A stretch of 36,851 nt of DNA. It comes from an uncultured Solibacteraceae bacterium. GTDB taxonomy: Bacteria > Acidobacteriota > Vicinamibacteria > Vicinamibacterales > SCN-69-37. The notes below the pieces were generated by a model. It did not search any database. It worked only from the letters and a program-made list of their open reading frames with translations, and was not told where the DNA came from. Each line of letters opens with the position of its first letter. The stretch's first letter is position 1. The DNA is taken from contig CAZVHY010000017.1 of NCBI GenBank assembly GCA_964627115.1, positions 1-36,851 on the forward strand, written 5' to 3'. Position numbers and translations under genes: made by a program. Positions 7,167 through 17,950 of this stretch are shown in pieces.

Positions 7167-8459
7167 ATGCCCACCTACATCGAAGACATCGCACGACACG
7201 ATGGACAGCAGGTCACGCTCCGCGGATGGCTCGCCAACCGCCGGTCGAGCGGCAAGATCCACTTCCTGCAGATTCGCGACGGCTCCGGGTTCATCCAGGC
7301 GGTGATGTCGAAGGCCGATGTCGGCGACGAGGCGTTTGCGAGGGCCGGTCATCTCTCGCAGGAAACGTCGCTCACCATCACGGGCACCGTACGCGCCGAC
7401 TCGCGGGCGCCGGGCGGATACGAGCTCATCGCCTCGGGCATCGAGGTCGTCGGCCCCTCGCACGACTACCCCATCACGCCAAAGGAGCACGGTCCGGACT
7501 TCCTGCTCGATCGCCGGCACCTCTGGATTCGCTCGGCGCGTCAGCAGGCCGTCCTGCGCGTGCGGCACGAGGTGATTGACGCGGTCCGCGACTACTTCAA
7601 CTCGCGCGGGTTCGTGCTCGCCGACACGCCGGTCTTCACGCCCGCCGCGTGCGAGGGCACGACCACGCTCTTCCCGGTGCAGTACTTCGAGGACACGACC
7701 GTGTACCTCACGCAGAGCGGTCAGCTCTACAACGAGGCCAACGCCATGGCGCTGGGCCGCGTGTACTGCTTCGGCCCCACGTTCCGTGCGGAGAAGTCGA
7801 AGACGCGGCGGCACCTCACCGAGTTCTGGATGGTGGAGCCCGAGATGGCGTACGCCGATCTCGAGGACGTCATCGCGCTGGCCGAGGGCCTGGTCGCCGA
7901 GGTCGTCGCGCGCGTGCTCGATCGTCGTCGTCGCGAGCTGACCGCGCTCGAACGCGACACGTCGTCGCTCGAACGCATCCGTACGCCATTCGCACGCGTC
8001 ACGTATGACGACGCGGCGCGTCGATTGAAGGAGCAGGGCCTGCCCTTCGAGTGGGGCGGCGACTTCGGGAGTCCGGACGAAACCGCGCTCTCGAGCATGT
8101 TCGACGGCCCGGTGGCGGTCACCGGTTTCCCGTCGGCCATCAAGGCGTTCTATTTCAAGCCCGAGGATGGACGTCCCGAGGTGTCGCGATCGGTCGACAT
8201 CCTGGCGCCCGAGGGGTACGGCGAAATCATCGGCGGCGGCCAGCGCATCGACGACTACGACCTGCTGCTGAAGCGGATCGAGGAGCACAACCTCCCGCGA
8301 GAGGCCTTCGAGTGGTACCTCGACCTGCGGCGCTTCGGCAGTGTCCCCCACGGCGGCTTCGGCATGGGCATCGAACGCGTGGTCTCGTGGCTCTGCGGCC
8401 TTGAGCACCTGCGCGAGGCGATTCCGTTCCCGCGCATGCTCTATCGTGTGACGCCGTGA
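7167..8459 (+). CDS. asnS: asparagine--tRNA ligase
   Basis: N-terminal OB fold ([27 protein letters not shown]), class II motif [23 protein letters not shown], and C-terminal [10 protein letters not shown]. Length 430 aa. Confidence 0.9.
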   Translation: MPTYIEDIARHDGQQVTLRGWLANRRSSGKIHFLQIRDGSGFIQAVMSKADVGDEAFARAGHLSQETSLTITGTVRADSRAPGGYELIASGIEVVGPSHDYPITPKEHGPDFLLDRRHLWIRSARQQAVLRVRHEVIDAVRDYFNSRGFVLADTPVFTPAACEGTTTLFPVQYFEDTTVYLTQSGQLYNEANAMALGRVYCFGPTFRAEKSKTRRHLTEFWMVEPEMAYADLEDVIALAEGLVAEVVARVLDRRRRELTALERDTSSLERIRTPFARVTYDDAARRLKEQGLPFEWGGDFGSPDETALSSMFDGPVAVTGFPSAIKAFYFKPEDGRPEVSRSVDILAPEGYGEIIGGGQRIDDYDLLLKRIEEHNLPREAFEWYLDLRRFGSVPHGGFGMGIERVVSWLCGLEHLREAIPFPRMLYRVTP

Positions 8460-8470
8460 GGGAGGACAGT

Positions 8471-8594
8471 CAGGACCTGACGTCGGGTCCTGCAGGTCCT
8501 TCAGGTCCTTTGGGTCCTTCAGGGGCGTCCTGAGGTCCTTCAGGTCCTATGGGTCCTTCAGGGGCGTCCTGACGTCCTTCAGGAACGCATCCTG
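8471..8594 (+). repeat. array of ~9-nt GGTCCT-core repeats (CAGGTCCTT) that includes a 39-nt tandem duplication
   Basis: About 11 GTCCT cores. 8502-8540 and 8541-8579 are 39-nt copies that differ at 2 positions. The first unit forms the hairpin CAGGACC-TGACGTCG-GGTCCTG (8471-8492). Confidence 0.9.
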
Positions 8595-8631
8595 AAAAAA
8601 GTAAGCAAGTCGTGCAGGTTCCTTTGCCCCA

Positions 8632-8677
8632 AAGGACCTGGAGGACCTGAAGGACCAACAGGACCTGGGGTGTCCTG
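8632..8677 (-). repeat. inverted arm of the 9-nt repeat array (AAGGACCTG, the reverse complement of CAGGTCCTT), 5 units
   Basis: aaggacctg gaggacctg aaggaccaa caggacctg gggtgtcctg. A local hairpin at 8615-8640 (CAGGTTCCTTTG-CCC-CAAAGGACCTG) joins the two arms. Confidence 0.85.
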
Positions 8678-8696
8678 CTATCCTGTCTAGCTGTCT

Positions 8697-10097
8697 ATGA
8701 AGGTCGGCTTCGTTTCTCTCGGCTGTCCCAAGAATCTCGTCGATGGCGAGGTCATGCTCGGCATGGCGCGCGAGGCGGGGCACGTCATCACGGCGGACGC
8801 CGATGATGCCGATGCCATCGTCGTCAATACCTGCGCGTTCATCGACCGCGCGAAGGAAGAGTCGATCGAGGCCATCCTCGACATGGCGCGGCTCAAGCGC
8901 GACGGGCAGTGCCGCCGCCTGGTCGTGACCGGTTGCCTGGCCGAGCGGTATCGCGACGAGCTCCGACAGGAAATCCCCGAAATCGATGCCGTGCTGGGCA
9001 CCGGCGACGTGCCGGACATCGTCACGGCGCTCAACGGCCGCGCGCCGGCCGGAGCGCCCGCGGGCGTGCCGCTGACGCTCTATCGGTCCCCCGGCGATCT
9101 GGCGCCCGACGCGCCGACGCCGCACCCAGCCCCGACCTACCTCTACGACGCGTCGACGCCGCGCGTGCTCACCACACCGCGCCACTACGCCTACGTGAAG
9201 ATTGCCGAAGGCTGCGACTACACGTGCGCGTTCTGCATCATTCCGACACTGCGCGGCAAGTACCGGAGTCGAGACGAAGATTCGATCGTGCGCGAGGCCG
9301 AAGATCTCGCCTCGCGCGGTATTCGCGAACTGCTGCTCATCTCGCAGGACACGACGTTCTTCGGGATCGATCGCGGCGACCGCGGCGCACTGGCGCGGCT
9401 GCTGCGCCGGCTCAACGCGGTCGACGGTCTCACCTGGATCCGCCTGCTCTATCTCTATCCGACGACCATCACCGATGACGTGCTCGATGCCATGGCCGAG
9501 TGCGAGAAGGTCTGCCGCTACGTCGACCTGCCGCTCCAGCACGCGTCATCGGCCGTGCTCAAGCGCATGCGTCGTCCAGGCTCGCGTGCGAGCTACGACA
9601 CGCTGCTCGCGCGCATCCGCGCGCGTGTTCCCGGCGTCACCCTGCGCACGACGTTCATCGTCGGGTTCCCCGGGGAAACGGAAGAGGACGTCGACCAGCT
9701 CGAGGCGTTCGTACGCGACACCGGGTTCGATCACGTGGGCGTGTTCACCTACTCGCACGAGGAGGGCACGCGGGCGCACGCGCTCGACGACAACGTGCCG
9801 GCCGGGGTGAAGCGGGCGCGGCGCGACCGCATCATGCGGCGGCAGAAACAGATCGTGGCCCGCACGCGGAAGCGGCAGGTGGGCGAGGTGGTGCCGGTCA
9901 TGATCGACGGCCCGTCGCCCGACTCCGACCTCGTCATCACCGGCCGGGTCGAGGGCCAGGCGCCCGACATCGACTCGCAGGTCTACTTCTCGGAGTGCGA
10001 CCCGAGCACGCTCGTGCCGGGCACCATCGTGCCGGCGCGCGTGCTGGCCGCGCGCGGCTACGACCTGGTCGTCACGCCATTGCCCGTTCCCGCGTGA
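8697..10097 (+). CDS. rimO: ribosomal protein S12 (Asp88) methylthiotransferase RimO
   Basis: N-terminal MKVGFVSLGCPKNLVDGE, a radical-SAM CDYTCAFC (CxxxCxxC) motif, and a C-terminal TRAM-like domain. Confidence 0.9.
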   Translation: MKVGFVSLGCPKNLVDGEVMLGMAREAGHVITADADDADAIVVNTCAFIDRAKEESIEAILDMARLKRDGQCRRLVVTGCLAERYRDELRQEIPEIDAVLGTGDVPDIVTALNGRAPAGAPAGVPLTLYRSPGDLAPDAPTPHPAPTYLYDASTPRVLTTPRHYAYVKIAEGCDYTCAFCIIPTLRGKYRSRDEDSIVREAEDLASRGIRELLLISQDTTFFGIDRGDRGALARLLRRLNAVDGLTWIRLLYLYPTTITDDVLDAMAECEKVCRYVDLPLQHASSAVLKRMRRPGSRASYDTLLARIRARVPGVTLRTTFIVGFPGETEEDVDQLEAFVRDTGFDHVGVFTYSHEEGTRAHALDDNVPAGVKRARRDRIMRRQKQIVARTRKRQVGEVVPVMIDGPSPDSDLVITGRVEGQAPDIDSQVYFSECDPSTLVPGTIVPARVLAARGYDLVVTPLPVPA

Positions 10098-10108
10098 CTT
10101 GTTATACT
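10080..10108 (+). promoter_or_regulatory. candidate sigma70-type promoter with extended -10, for rimP-nusA-infB
   Basis: -35 TTGCCC (10080-10085), a 17-nt spacer that ends in TGT, and -10 TATACT (10103-10108). It overlaps the rimO 3' end. Confidence 0.35.
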
Positions 10109-10139
10109 TTCGAGTGGTCTTGACGGGGAACGACGTTGG

Positions 10140-10170
10140 TAGTGGGCCCGTGCCCACTATTTGTGTTTTA
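10140..10170 (+). terminator. intrinsic-terminator-like hairpin between rimO and rimP
   Basis: An 8-bp stem, TAGTGGGC (10140-10147) with GCCCACTA (10152-10159), a CCGT loop, then an interrupted U-tract TTTGTGTTTTA. It could be the rimO terminator, a leader attenuator of rimP-nusA-infB, or both. Confidence 0.55.
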
Positions 10171-10234
10171 GGGCACGGCCGGCAGCGGTCGTCCGGCCCT
10201 CCTTCCCCGCCCCGATCCGTGCGGTAACTTCCCG

Positions 10235-10768
10235 GTGAACCCGACGCGAGACGACGTCCTCGATCGCCTGCGACATGCCACGAGTCGCATCGCCGCCAGT
10301 TACGGGCTCGAGCTGTTCGATGTGCAGATCCGCCGCGAGTCCATCGGCTGGGTCCTGCGCGTAACGATCGACCGGCCCGCTCCAGTCGCAGACACGACCA
10401 GCCCGAGCGCCGAAGGCGCCGGGCCGGGGAACGAAGAGCCGATTGGCATCGAAGATTGCCAGCGCGTCAGCCAGGATCTCAGCGCGCTCATCGATGTCGA
10501 TGACTCGCTGACGGAAGGGCTGGCCGAGTTCACCCTCGAGGTGTCCTCGCCAGGGCTCGACCGGCCGCTGCGGGGCGAAGCTGACTACCGGCGCTTCGCG
10601 GGCCGGCTGGCCAAGATCGTGACGCGCGATCCGGTCGACGGCCAGACGCACTTTGCGGGGCGTCTGGCGGGTGTCGAGGACGGCGCGGTGCTGATCCGGG
10701 AAGGACGGCGCACCCACCGGGTGCCCGTCGACCTCATCGGCCGCGCGCGGCTCGAAGTGGAGTTCTAG
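10235..10768 (+). CDS. rimP: ribosome maturation factor RimP
   Basis: LELFDVQIRRES...LRVTIDRP and LEVSSPGLDRPL motifs. It sits directly upstream of nusA, the conserved position. GTG start. Confidence 0.85.
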   Translation: MNPTRDDVLDRLRHATSRIAASYGLELFDVQIRRESIGWVLRVTIDRPAPVADTTSPSAEGAGPGNEEPIGIEDCQRVSQDLSALIDVDDSLTEGLAEFTLEVSSPGLDRPLRGEADYRRFAGRLAKIVTRDPVDGQTHFAGRLAGVEDGAVLIREGRRTHRVPVDLIGRARLEVEF

Positions 10769-10785
10769 GGAGCGTTCGAAATCTT

Positions 10786-12168
<1,383 letters not shown>

Positions 12169-12299
12169 CACCCCGGCGCGGTCACGGGCCTGTGGCCCGG
12201 ACCGTTGCAGGGTCGAGACAGCCGGGCGTCACACTGCCCCAGCATGGGGGCTGACATGTGACGACCGGGATGCGGGACAGAGAAGGACGAGGAGCCGAT

Positions 12300-15143
12300 T
12301 TGGCCACTGTTCGAATGTACAAGGTCGCCGAACTGCTGGGGCTGACGAGCCAGGACGCGATGGCTCTGCTCAAGCAGGAGACCGGGATCGACGTGAAGAG
12401 CGCCTCGAGCTCGATCGAGGAAATCGTCGCGCGCCAGTTCGTGGAGCGCCAGGCGCGCAAGCGCCAGATTGCGCTGCCGCCCGGCGCCTTGTTTGCTGAG
12501 ACCAGTGGTCCGAAGCGACCCGGCGCCAAGTCCGCGCCCGAGCCGCCGAAGCCGGCCGGTCCGGTGCTGCGTCCGCGCCTGGTGAAGACGCCAAAGCCCG
12601 TCGACGCGGCCGACACGTCCGAGGCGACGGCTCCGGCCGAGGCCGACGTCCCGGTGGTCGAGTTGCCGGCCGAACCGGCCGTTGCCGCAGCGCCGGACAC
12701 CGTCGAACCGCCAGTCGTGGAGGTCACGCCCGCCGTTGCCGAGGCGCCGCCCGCTCCCGTTATCGAACCCGAGGCGCCCCAGCCAGTGACACCCGTCGTG
12801 CAGGTCGAAGAGCCGCAGGCGCCGCCTGCCGAAACCGTCATCGAACGTGCCGAGCCCGTCCAGGCTCCGGCGCCTGCGGCGGCACCGGTCGCGGCGGCCC
12901 CGCCGCCGCCCGCCCGTCCCCCGCTGGTTGTTCCGCCGCCGCGCGTGCCGGCGCCGACGCCCGTCACCGGGCGCCTCGTGCCGCCCTCGCGCCGCCTGCG
13001 CATCGAAGACCCGGTCACCGGCGAAGCGCCGGCGGCACGACCGCTGCCGCAGCGCCCGGTCGTCCGTCCGCCGCAGCCGCCGCCCGTCGCGCGGCCGCCC
13101 GCGGCCCCGACCGGCAATCTGAGCCGGCCGCCCATGGGGGCTCGGCCGGCCACGCCCGGCGCCCGACCGCCGATTGGCGGTCCGCGTCCACTGCCCTCGC
13201 AGCCGATTCGCCCTGGTCAGCCCGGCCAGCCGCCGGGCGGCCGGCCGCCCATGGGACAGGGCTATCAACGCCCCGGCGGCGGCTACAACCGCCCCGGCAT
13301 GCAGGGCCGGTCGCGTTCCTCGGGACCGCGCCGCGACGACCGTCAGTCGTTCGGCCCGGTGGTCGAGGCGCCGCCGCCGATCACGAAGATCATCACGCTC
13401 GCCGAAGGCCTCACCGTCAAGGATCTGGCCGACAAGCTCGACGTCAAGGCCAAGGACGTCCTGAAGAAGTTGATGGAGCGTCGCATGATGATGACCATCA
13501 ACTCGACGCTCGACGGCGAGACGGCCACGATGATCGCGCGCAGTTTCGGCGCCGACGTGCTGGTCCGGTCGTTCGAAGAGGAACTGACGGAAGTCGAGAC
13601 CGAGGCCTCGAAGCCCGAGGACCTGGTGCCGCGTGCACCGGTCGTCACCGTCATGGGTCACGTCGACCACGGCAAGACCACGCTGCTCGACGCGATCCGC
13701 CAGACGAAGATCGCCGAGCGCGAGGCCGGCGGCATCACGCAGCACATCGGCGCGTACTCGGTCGACGTCAACGGCCGGCGCGTCGTCTTCCTCGACACGC
13801 CGGGTCACGAGGCGTTCACGATGATGCGCGCCCGCGGCGCGCGCGTCACCGACATCGTCATTCTCGTGGTGGCGGCCGATGACGGCGTCATGCCGCAGAC
13901 GAAGGAAGCGATCGATCACGCGAAGGCGGCCAACGTGCCGATCGTCGTGGCGGTCAACAAAATCGACAAGCCGGGCGCCAACTCCGAGCGCGTCAAGCGC
14001 GAGCTCTCCGATCTCGGCCTGATGCCGGAAGAATGGGGCGGCACGACCGTCATGGTCGAAGTCTCGGCCCGTCAGCGGCAGAACCTCGATCAACTGCTCG
14101 AAATGCTGCTGCTCGTGGCCGACATCGCCGACCTGAAGGCCAACCCGAAGCGCATGGCGCAGGGCACGGTCGTCGAAGCGAAGATCGATCGCGGCCGCGG
14201 CCCGGTCGCGTCCGTGCTCGTGCAGGACGGCACGCTCAACGAGGGCGACCTGTTCATTGCCGGCACGGTCGACGGCAAGGTGCGCGCGATGTTCGACCAC
14301 ACCGGCCGCAAGGTGAAGGCGGCCGGGCCGGCCACGCCGGTCGAAGTGCTCGGCCTGTCGTCACTCCCCTCGCCCGGCGACACCTTCCAGGTGATCGACG
14401 ATCCGATCAAGGCGCGCCAGGTGGTGGCCTATCGCCAGGCGCAGGCCAAGGAAAAGGCGCTGCACGGCAAGGGCGGCCGGCTCACGCTCGAGTCGCTCCA
14501 GGCCCAGCTGGCCGAAGGCAGCATGAAGGAACTGGCGATCATCATCAAGGCCGACGTGCAGGGTTCGGCCGAGGTGCTGGCCGACACGCTCGCGAAGCTC
14601 AGCGACGAACGCGTGAAGATCAGGACGATTCACACCGGCGTCGGCGCGATCAACGAATCGGACGTCCTGCTGGCGACCGCCTCGGGCGCGATCATCATCG
14701 GCTTCAACGTCAAGCCGGACCGGAACGCCCAGATCGTCGCCGACCGGGAAGAAGTCGACATCCGTCACCACACGATCATCTACAACGTCACCGACGAGAT
14801 CCGGAAGGCCATGGCCGGCCTGCTCGAACCGACGCTGCGCGAAACGCGCATCGGCTCGGCGGAGGTCCGGCAGGTGTTCAAGACGCCGAAGGCCGGCACG
14901 GTGGCCGGCTGCATGGTGACCGACGGCCGCGTGAGCCGCTCGGGCGACGTCCAGGCCCGGCTGATGCGCAGCGGCACCGAAATCTGGAAGGGCAAGCTGT
15001 CGTCGCTGCGCCGGTTCAAGGACGACGTCAGCGAGGTGAAGGTCGGCACCGAGTGCGGTATCGGCCTGGACCGCTTCAACGACATCCAGGTCGGCGACAT
15101 CATCGAGTTCGTCACCGTCGAGCGCATTGCCCAGACGATGTAG
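12300..15143 (+). CDS. infB: translation initiation factor IF-2
   Basis: GTPase G1 motif [16 protein letters not shown] and DTPGHEAF, with a long Pro/Ala-rich N-terminal region. I chose the TTG at 12300 because GGAG at 12291-12294 lies 5 nt upstream. The GTG at 12258 and the ATG at 12315 are alternatives. Confidence 0.9.
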   Translation: MATVRMYKVAELLGLTSQDAMALLKQETGIDVKSASSSIEEIVARQFVERQARKRQIALPPGALFAETSGPKRPGAKSAPEPPKPAGPVLRPRLVKTPKPVDAADTSEATAPAEADVPVVELPAEPAVAAAPDTVEPPVVEVTPAVAEAPPAPVIEPEAPQPVTPVVQVEEPQAPPAETVIERAEPVQAPAPAAAPVAAAPPPPARPPLVVPPPRVPAPTPVTGRLVPPSRRLRIEDPVTGEAPAARPLPQRPVVRPPQPPPVARPPAAPTGNLSRPPMGARPATPGARPPIGGPRPLPSQPIRPGQPGQPPGGRPPMGQGYQRPGGGYNRPGMQGRSRSSGPRRDDRQSFGPVVEAPPPITKIITLAEGLTVKDLADKLDVKAKDVLKKLMERRMMMTINSTLDGETATMIARSFGADVLVRSFEEELTEVETEASKPEDLVPRAPVVTVMGHVDHGKTTLLDAIRQTKIAEREAGGITQHIGAYSVDVNGRRVVFLDTPGHEAFTMMRARGARVTDIVILVVAADDGVMPQTKEAIDHAKAANVPIVVAVNKIDKPGANSERVKRELSDLGLMPEEWGGTTVMVEVSARQRQNLDQLLEMLLLVADIADLKANPKRMAQGTVVEAKIDRGRGPVASVLVQDGTLNEGDLFIAGTVDGKVRAMFDHTGRKVKAAGPATPVEVLGLSSLPSPGDTFQVIDDPIKARQVVAYRQAQAKEKALHGKGGRLTLESLQAQLAEGSMKELAIIIKADVQGSAEVLADTLAKLSDERVKIRTIHTGVGAINESDVLLATASGAIIIGFNVKPDRNAQIVADREEVDIRHHTIIYNVTDEIRKAMAGLLEPTLRETRIGSAEVRQVFKTPKAGTVAGCMVTDGRVSRSGDVQARLMRSGTEIWKGKLSSLRRFKDDVSEVKVGTECGIGLDRFNDIQVGDIIEFVTVERIAQTM

Positions 15144-15158
15144 CGAGACGACCGGGTC

Positions 15159-15440
15159 ATGACCATCGCGCTCCTGAGCGTCGAGCTCTATCTGCCCATG
15201 TCGCAGTCGCTCAAGGAGAAGCGCATGGTGCTGCGGCGGCTGAAGGATCGGCTGAAGGCGGCCAACGTCTCGGTCGCCGAAGTCGCCCATCAGGACCTCT
15301 GGCAGCGCGCCGGTCTGGCGGTCGTCACCGTGTCGAGTGACGGCGGCGTGGCCGAACACACGCTCACCTCAGCCCTCCAGGAGATCGAACGGCTCGAACC
15401 TGGTCTGGTCACCACGAGCCGCATCGAGTATCTGCACTGA
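15159..15440 (+). CDS. DUF503 (YlxP-like) protein
   Basis: 93 aa. The LKEKRMVLRRLKDRLK motif and the position between infB and rbfA are typical of DUF503. Confidence 0.75.
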   Translation: MTIALLSVELYLPMSQSLKEKRMVLRRLKDRLKAANVSVAEVAHQDLWQRAGLAVVTVSSDGGVAEHTLTSALQEIERLEPGLVTTSRIEYLH

Positions 15441-15886
15441 TGGCCCAGGGAGCACGTCCGGAACGCGTCGGCGAAGAAATCCGCAAGGAACTGGCGGCGA
15501 TCCTCGCCCGCGAGGTTCACGATCCCGGGATCGGATTCGTCACGCTGACCCGCACCAAGGTCTCGCCCGACCTGCAGCTGGTGCGCGTGTACTACACCCT
15601 CATCGGCGACGACCGCGCCAAACGCGACACGCAGAGTGCGCTCGAACGCGCGACGCCCTTCCTGCGGCGGCAGATCGGCGCGCGCGTGCGGTTGCGCCGC
15701 GTGCCGGAGATCCGGTTCGAGTTCGACCGCAGCGTCGAACATCAGGACCGCATCGAACAGCTGCTCATCGACATTGCCGAGGAGCGTCGTCTGCACCCGA
15801 TCGACGAGGGCACGGGCGAGGCGCCGGCGGAAAAGACGGCCGTGGACGACGACCAGGCCGGGGAGACGCCGGGAGACAAGTCGTGA
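15440..15886 (+). CDS. rbfA: ribosome-binding factor A
   Basis: RVGEEIRKELAAIL...VTLTRTKVSPDLQLVRVYYT. The start overlaps the DUF503 stop (TGATG). Confidence 0.9.
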   Translation: MAQGARPERVGEEIRKELAAILAREVHDPGIGFVTLTRTKVSPDLQLVRVYYTLIGDDRAKRDTQSALERATPFLRRQIGARVRLRRVPEIRFEFDRSVEHQDRIEQLLIDIAEERRLHPIDEGTGEAPAEKTAVDDDQAGETPGDKS

Positions 15887-16887
15887 GCGGATCGGTTCAC
15901 GAGGTTGCCGACGCGATCCGCACGCGGCAGTCGTTCCTGGTGACGTCACACGCGCGGCCCGACGGCGACGCCATCGGGTCGTCGGTGGCGCTTGCCCTCG
16001 CGCTCGATGCGCTCGGCAAGCAGGCCACGGTGATCCTGTGCGATCCGGTGCCGACGCCGTATCGCGCCTTCCCCGCCATCGATCGCATCCGCTTCACCGA
16101 TCGGGCCGATGCGCCCGCCGACGCCGCGATCGTCCTCGAGTGCAGCGACATCACGCGCCCGGGCATTGCGGGGCTCGAGGCCTACACGCTCATCAACATC
16201 GACCATCACCTCGGCAACACGATGTACGGTGCGGTCAACTGGTTCGACGAACGCGCCGCTGCCTGCGCGGAGCTGGTCGCCAGCCTCATCGATGCGCTCG
16301 GCGTGGCGTGGACGCCGGCCATGGCCGCGCACCTGTATCTGGCGATTGCCACCGACACGGGCGGCCTGCGCTACGGCCCCGTCTCCAGCCGGACGTACGA
16401 CACCTGCCGGCGTATCGTCGAGGCCGGCGTGGACACGTCGCAGCTGGCGCGGCAGATCTTCGAGAGCTACTCGATTGGCCGCGTGCGGCTGACCGGCGCG
16501 CTGCTCGACGCGATGACACTCCACCACGACAACCGGCTGGCGGTACTCGCATTCGACGACGCGCTGCTCGCGCGCACGGGCGCGGCGGCCGACGACACCG
16601 AAGGGCTCGTGAACCTGCCGCTCGGCGCGCGCGAAGTCGTGTCGGCCATCATGCTGAAGCGACAGGGCGACGGCAGCACCTGGCGCGTCAGCCTGCGATC
16701 GAAGGGCGACGTCGACGTGAGGGCCGTGGCCCTGCGGTGGGACGGCGGCGGTCACCGGAATGCCGCCGGTTGCACGATGACGGGCGATCAGCCATCCGTC
16801 ACGCGCCAGCTCGTCGAGGCGATGGGTGAGGCGCTCGGCGACGTAGGGGCCGGCCTTGCGCCGGCCCACAGTATCGGGCGGCCGTAG
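15883..16887 (+). CDS. DHH/DHHA1 phosphoesterase, NrnA-like (oligoribonuclease / pAp phosphatase)
   Basis: Motifs SHARPDGDAIGS, NIDHHLGN (DHH) and GGGHRNAAG (DHHA1). The GTG at 15883 overlaps the rbfA stop (GTGA). The last ~15 codons read through one REP copy, and the stop TAG at 16885-16887 is the GTAG head of the next copy. Confidence 0.85.
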   Translation: MSGSVHEVADAIRTRQSFLVTSHARPDGDAIGSSVALALALDALGKQATVILCDPVPTPYRAFPAIDRIRFTDRADAPADAAIVLECSDITRPGIAGLEAYTLINIDHHLGNTMYGAVNWFDERAAACAELVASLIDALGVAWTPAMAAHLYLAIATDTGGLRYGPVSSRTYDTCRRIVEAGVDTSQLARQIFESYSIGRVRLTGALLDAMTLHHDNRLAVLAFDDALLARTGAAADDTEGLVNLPLGAREVVSAIMLKRQGDGSTWRVSLRSKGDVDVRAVALRWDGGGHRNAAGCTMTGDQPSVTRQLVEAMGEALGDVGAGLAPAHSIGRP

Positions 16888-16950
16888 GGGCCGGCCTTGT
16901 GCCGGCCCATCCGGCCACGGCAACCGGGCGGACACAAGGTCCGCCCCTAC
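16843..16950. repeat. REP-like palindrome cluster (3 copies)
   Basis: 16843-16869 is GTAGGGGCCGGCCTTGCGCCGGCCCAC (forward). 16884-16910 is GTAGGGGCCGGCCTTGTGCCGGCCCAT (forward). 16924-16950 is CCGGGCGGACACAAGGTCCGCCCCTAC (reverse). Confidence 0.9.
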
Positions 16951-16961
16951 GGATTTCCCAA

Positions 16962-17849
16962 TTGATCTCCGGTCTTCTCCTCATCGACAAACCTTCCGGC
17001 ATCACCTCCCACGACGTCGTGGCGCGGATGCGGCGTGTGTTGCGCGAGCGCAGCATCGGCCATGCGGGCACGCTCGATCCGATGGCCACCGGCCTGCTCG
17101 TGCTCGTCGTGGGCAAAGCCACGCGGCTGGCATCGCTGCTGACCGGACACGACAAGACCTACGACGCCACGATCCGTCTCGGCCAGGCCACCACGACCGA
17201 CGATGCCGATGGCGAGCTCACGGGAACCGCACTGCCGGTGCCCGATGAGGCGGCCGTGCGCGAGGCACTCTCCACGTTCGTCGGCTCGTTCGCCCAGGTC
17301 CCGCCCGCCCACTCCGCGCGCAAGGTGCAGGGGGAACGCGCGTACCGGCTGGCGCGGGCCAACAAGCCGGTCACGCTCGCGCCGAGCACGGTCACCGTTC
17401 ACGAGATGGACTGGCAGGACGTCGACGGCACGGACCTCCGCATCCGGATCCGGGTAACGGCCGGGTTCTACGTGCGGGCGCTCGCGCGCGACCTCGGGGT
17501 GCACCTGGGTTGCGGCGGCCACCTCACCGCCCTGCGGCGCGTGCAGTCCGGGCCGTTCAGGGTCGAAGACGCGGTGACGCTGGCCGAGGCCGAGGCTCTG
17601 GGGCTGACGGTGGTCGACCGGCTGATCGCCCCGGCCGACGCGTTACCCGGCCTGCCGGCCGCGGAACTGACCGAGGAGGGGCTGCGCCGCGTGCTGCACG
17701 GCAACGCCGTCGGGCCGGCGCATCTCCGGGGGCCGTTGCCGCTGGCCGGCGACGAGGGGTCGCGGGTGCGGCTGCTGGCCAACGGGCGGCTCGTGGCCCT
17801 GGCCCGGCCGGGGGCCGGATCTTTGCATCCGGTTGTCGTCCTCGGATAA
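16962..17849 (+). CDS. truB: tRNA pseudouridine(55) synthase TruB
   Basis: [15 protein letters not shown] and [14 protein letters not shown] motifs. The TTG at 16962 is the first start after the REP cluster. The ORF-track start at 16899 lies inside the REPs. Confidence 0.85.
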   Translation: MISGLLLIDKPSGITSHDVVARMRRVLRERSIGHAGTLDPMATGLLVLVVGKATRLASLLTGHDKTYDATIRLGQATTTDDADGELTGTALPVPDEAAVREALSTFVGSFAQVPPAHSARKVQGERAYRLARANKPVTLAPSTVTVHEMDWQDVDGTDLRIRIRVTAGFYVRALARDLGVHLGCGGHLTALRRVQSGPFRVEDAVTLAEAEALGLTVVDRLIAPADALPGLPAAELTEEGLRRVLHGNAVGPAHLRGPLPLAGDEGSRVRLLANGRLVALARPGAGSLHPVVVLG

Positions 17850-17950
17850 CATTTCGTCCTTGTGGCCATCGATGGGACGGCCATTCTGGTTACGGCGGAT
17901 CGGTACCGCGCCGCGAGGCGCGCTCTGGGCCGCTCGTGGAGGATACGTTT

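Noticed and set aside
8470-8658. A 62-aa minus-strand ORF with a collagen-like GPxGPxGP pattern (..EGPIGPEGPQDAPEGPKGPEGPAGP..).
   Set aside because: The pattern is an artefact of translating the 9-nt GGTCCT tandem repeat. There is no SD and no signal peptide, and it lies wholly within the repeat array.
8471-8677. Possible CRISPR array, because of the many regularly spaced short repeats.
   Set aside because: The units are only ~9 nt and directly abut each other with no unique spacers. One arm is inverted. No cas genes are nearby.
10098-10234. Looked for a tRNA (a metY equivalent) or another structured RNA gene upstream of rimP.
   Set aside because: I could find no cloverleaf, acceptor stem pairing or T-loop (GTTCRANNC) consensus. 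Only a terminator-like hairpin is present.
12540-13330. A long Pro/Ala-rich repetitive stretch within infB that might be taken for a repeat element.
   Set aside because: It is in frame and typical of the variable, low-complexity N-terminal region of IF-2 in high-GC bacteria. No exact tandem DNA unit is present.
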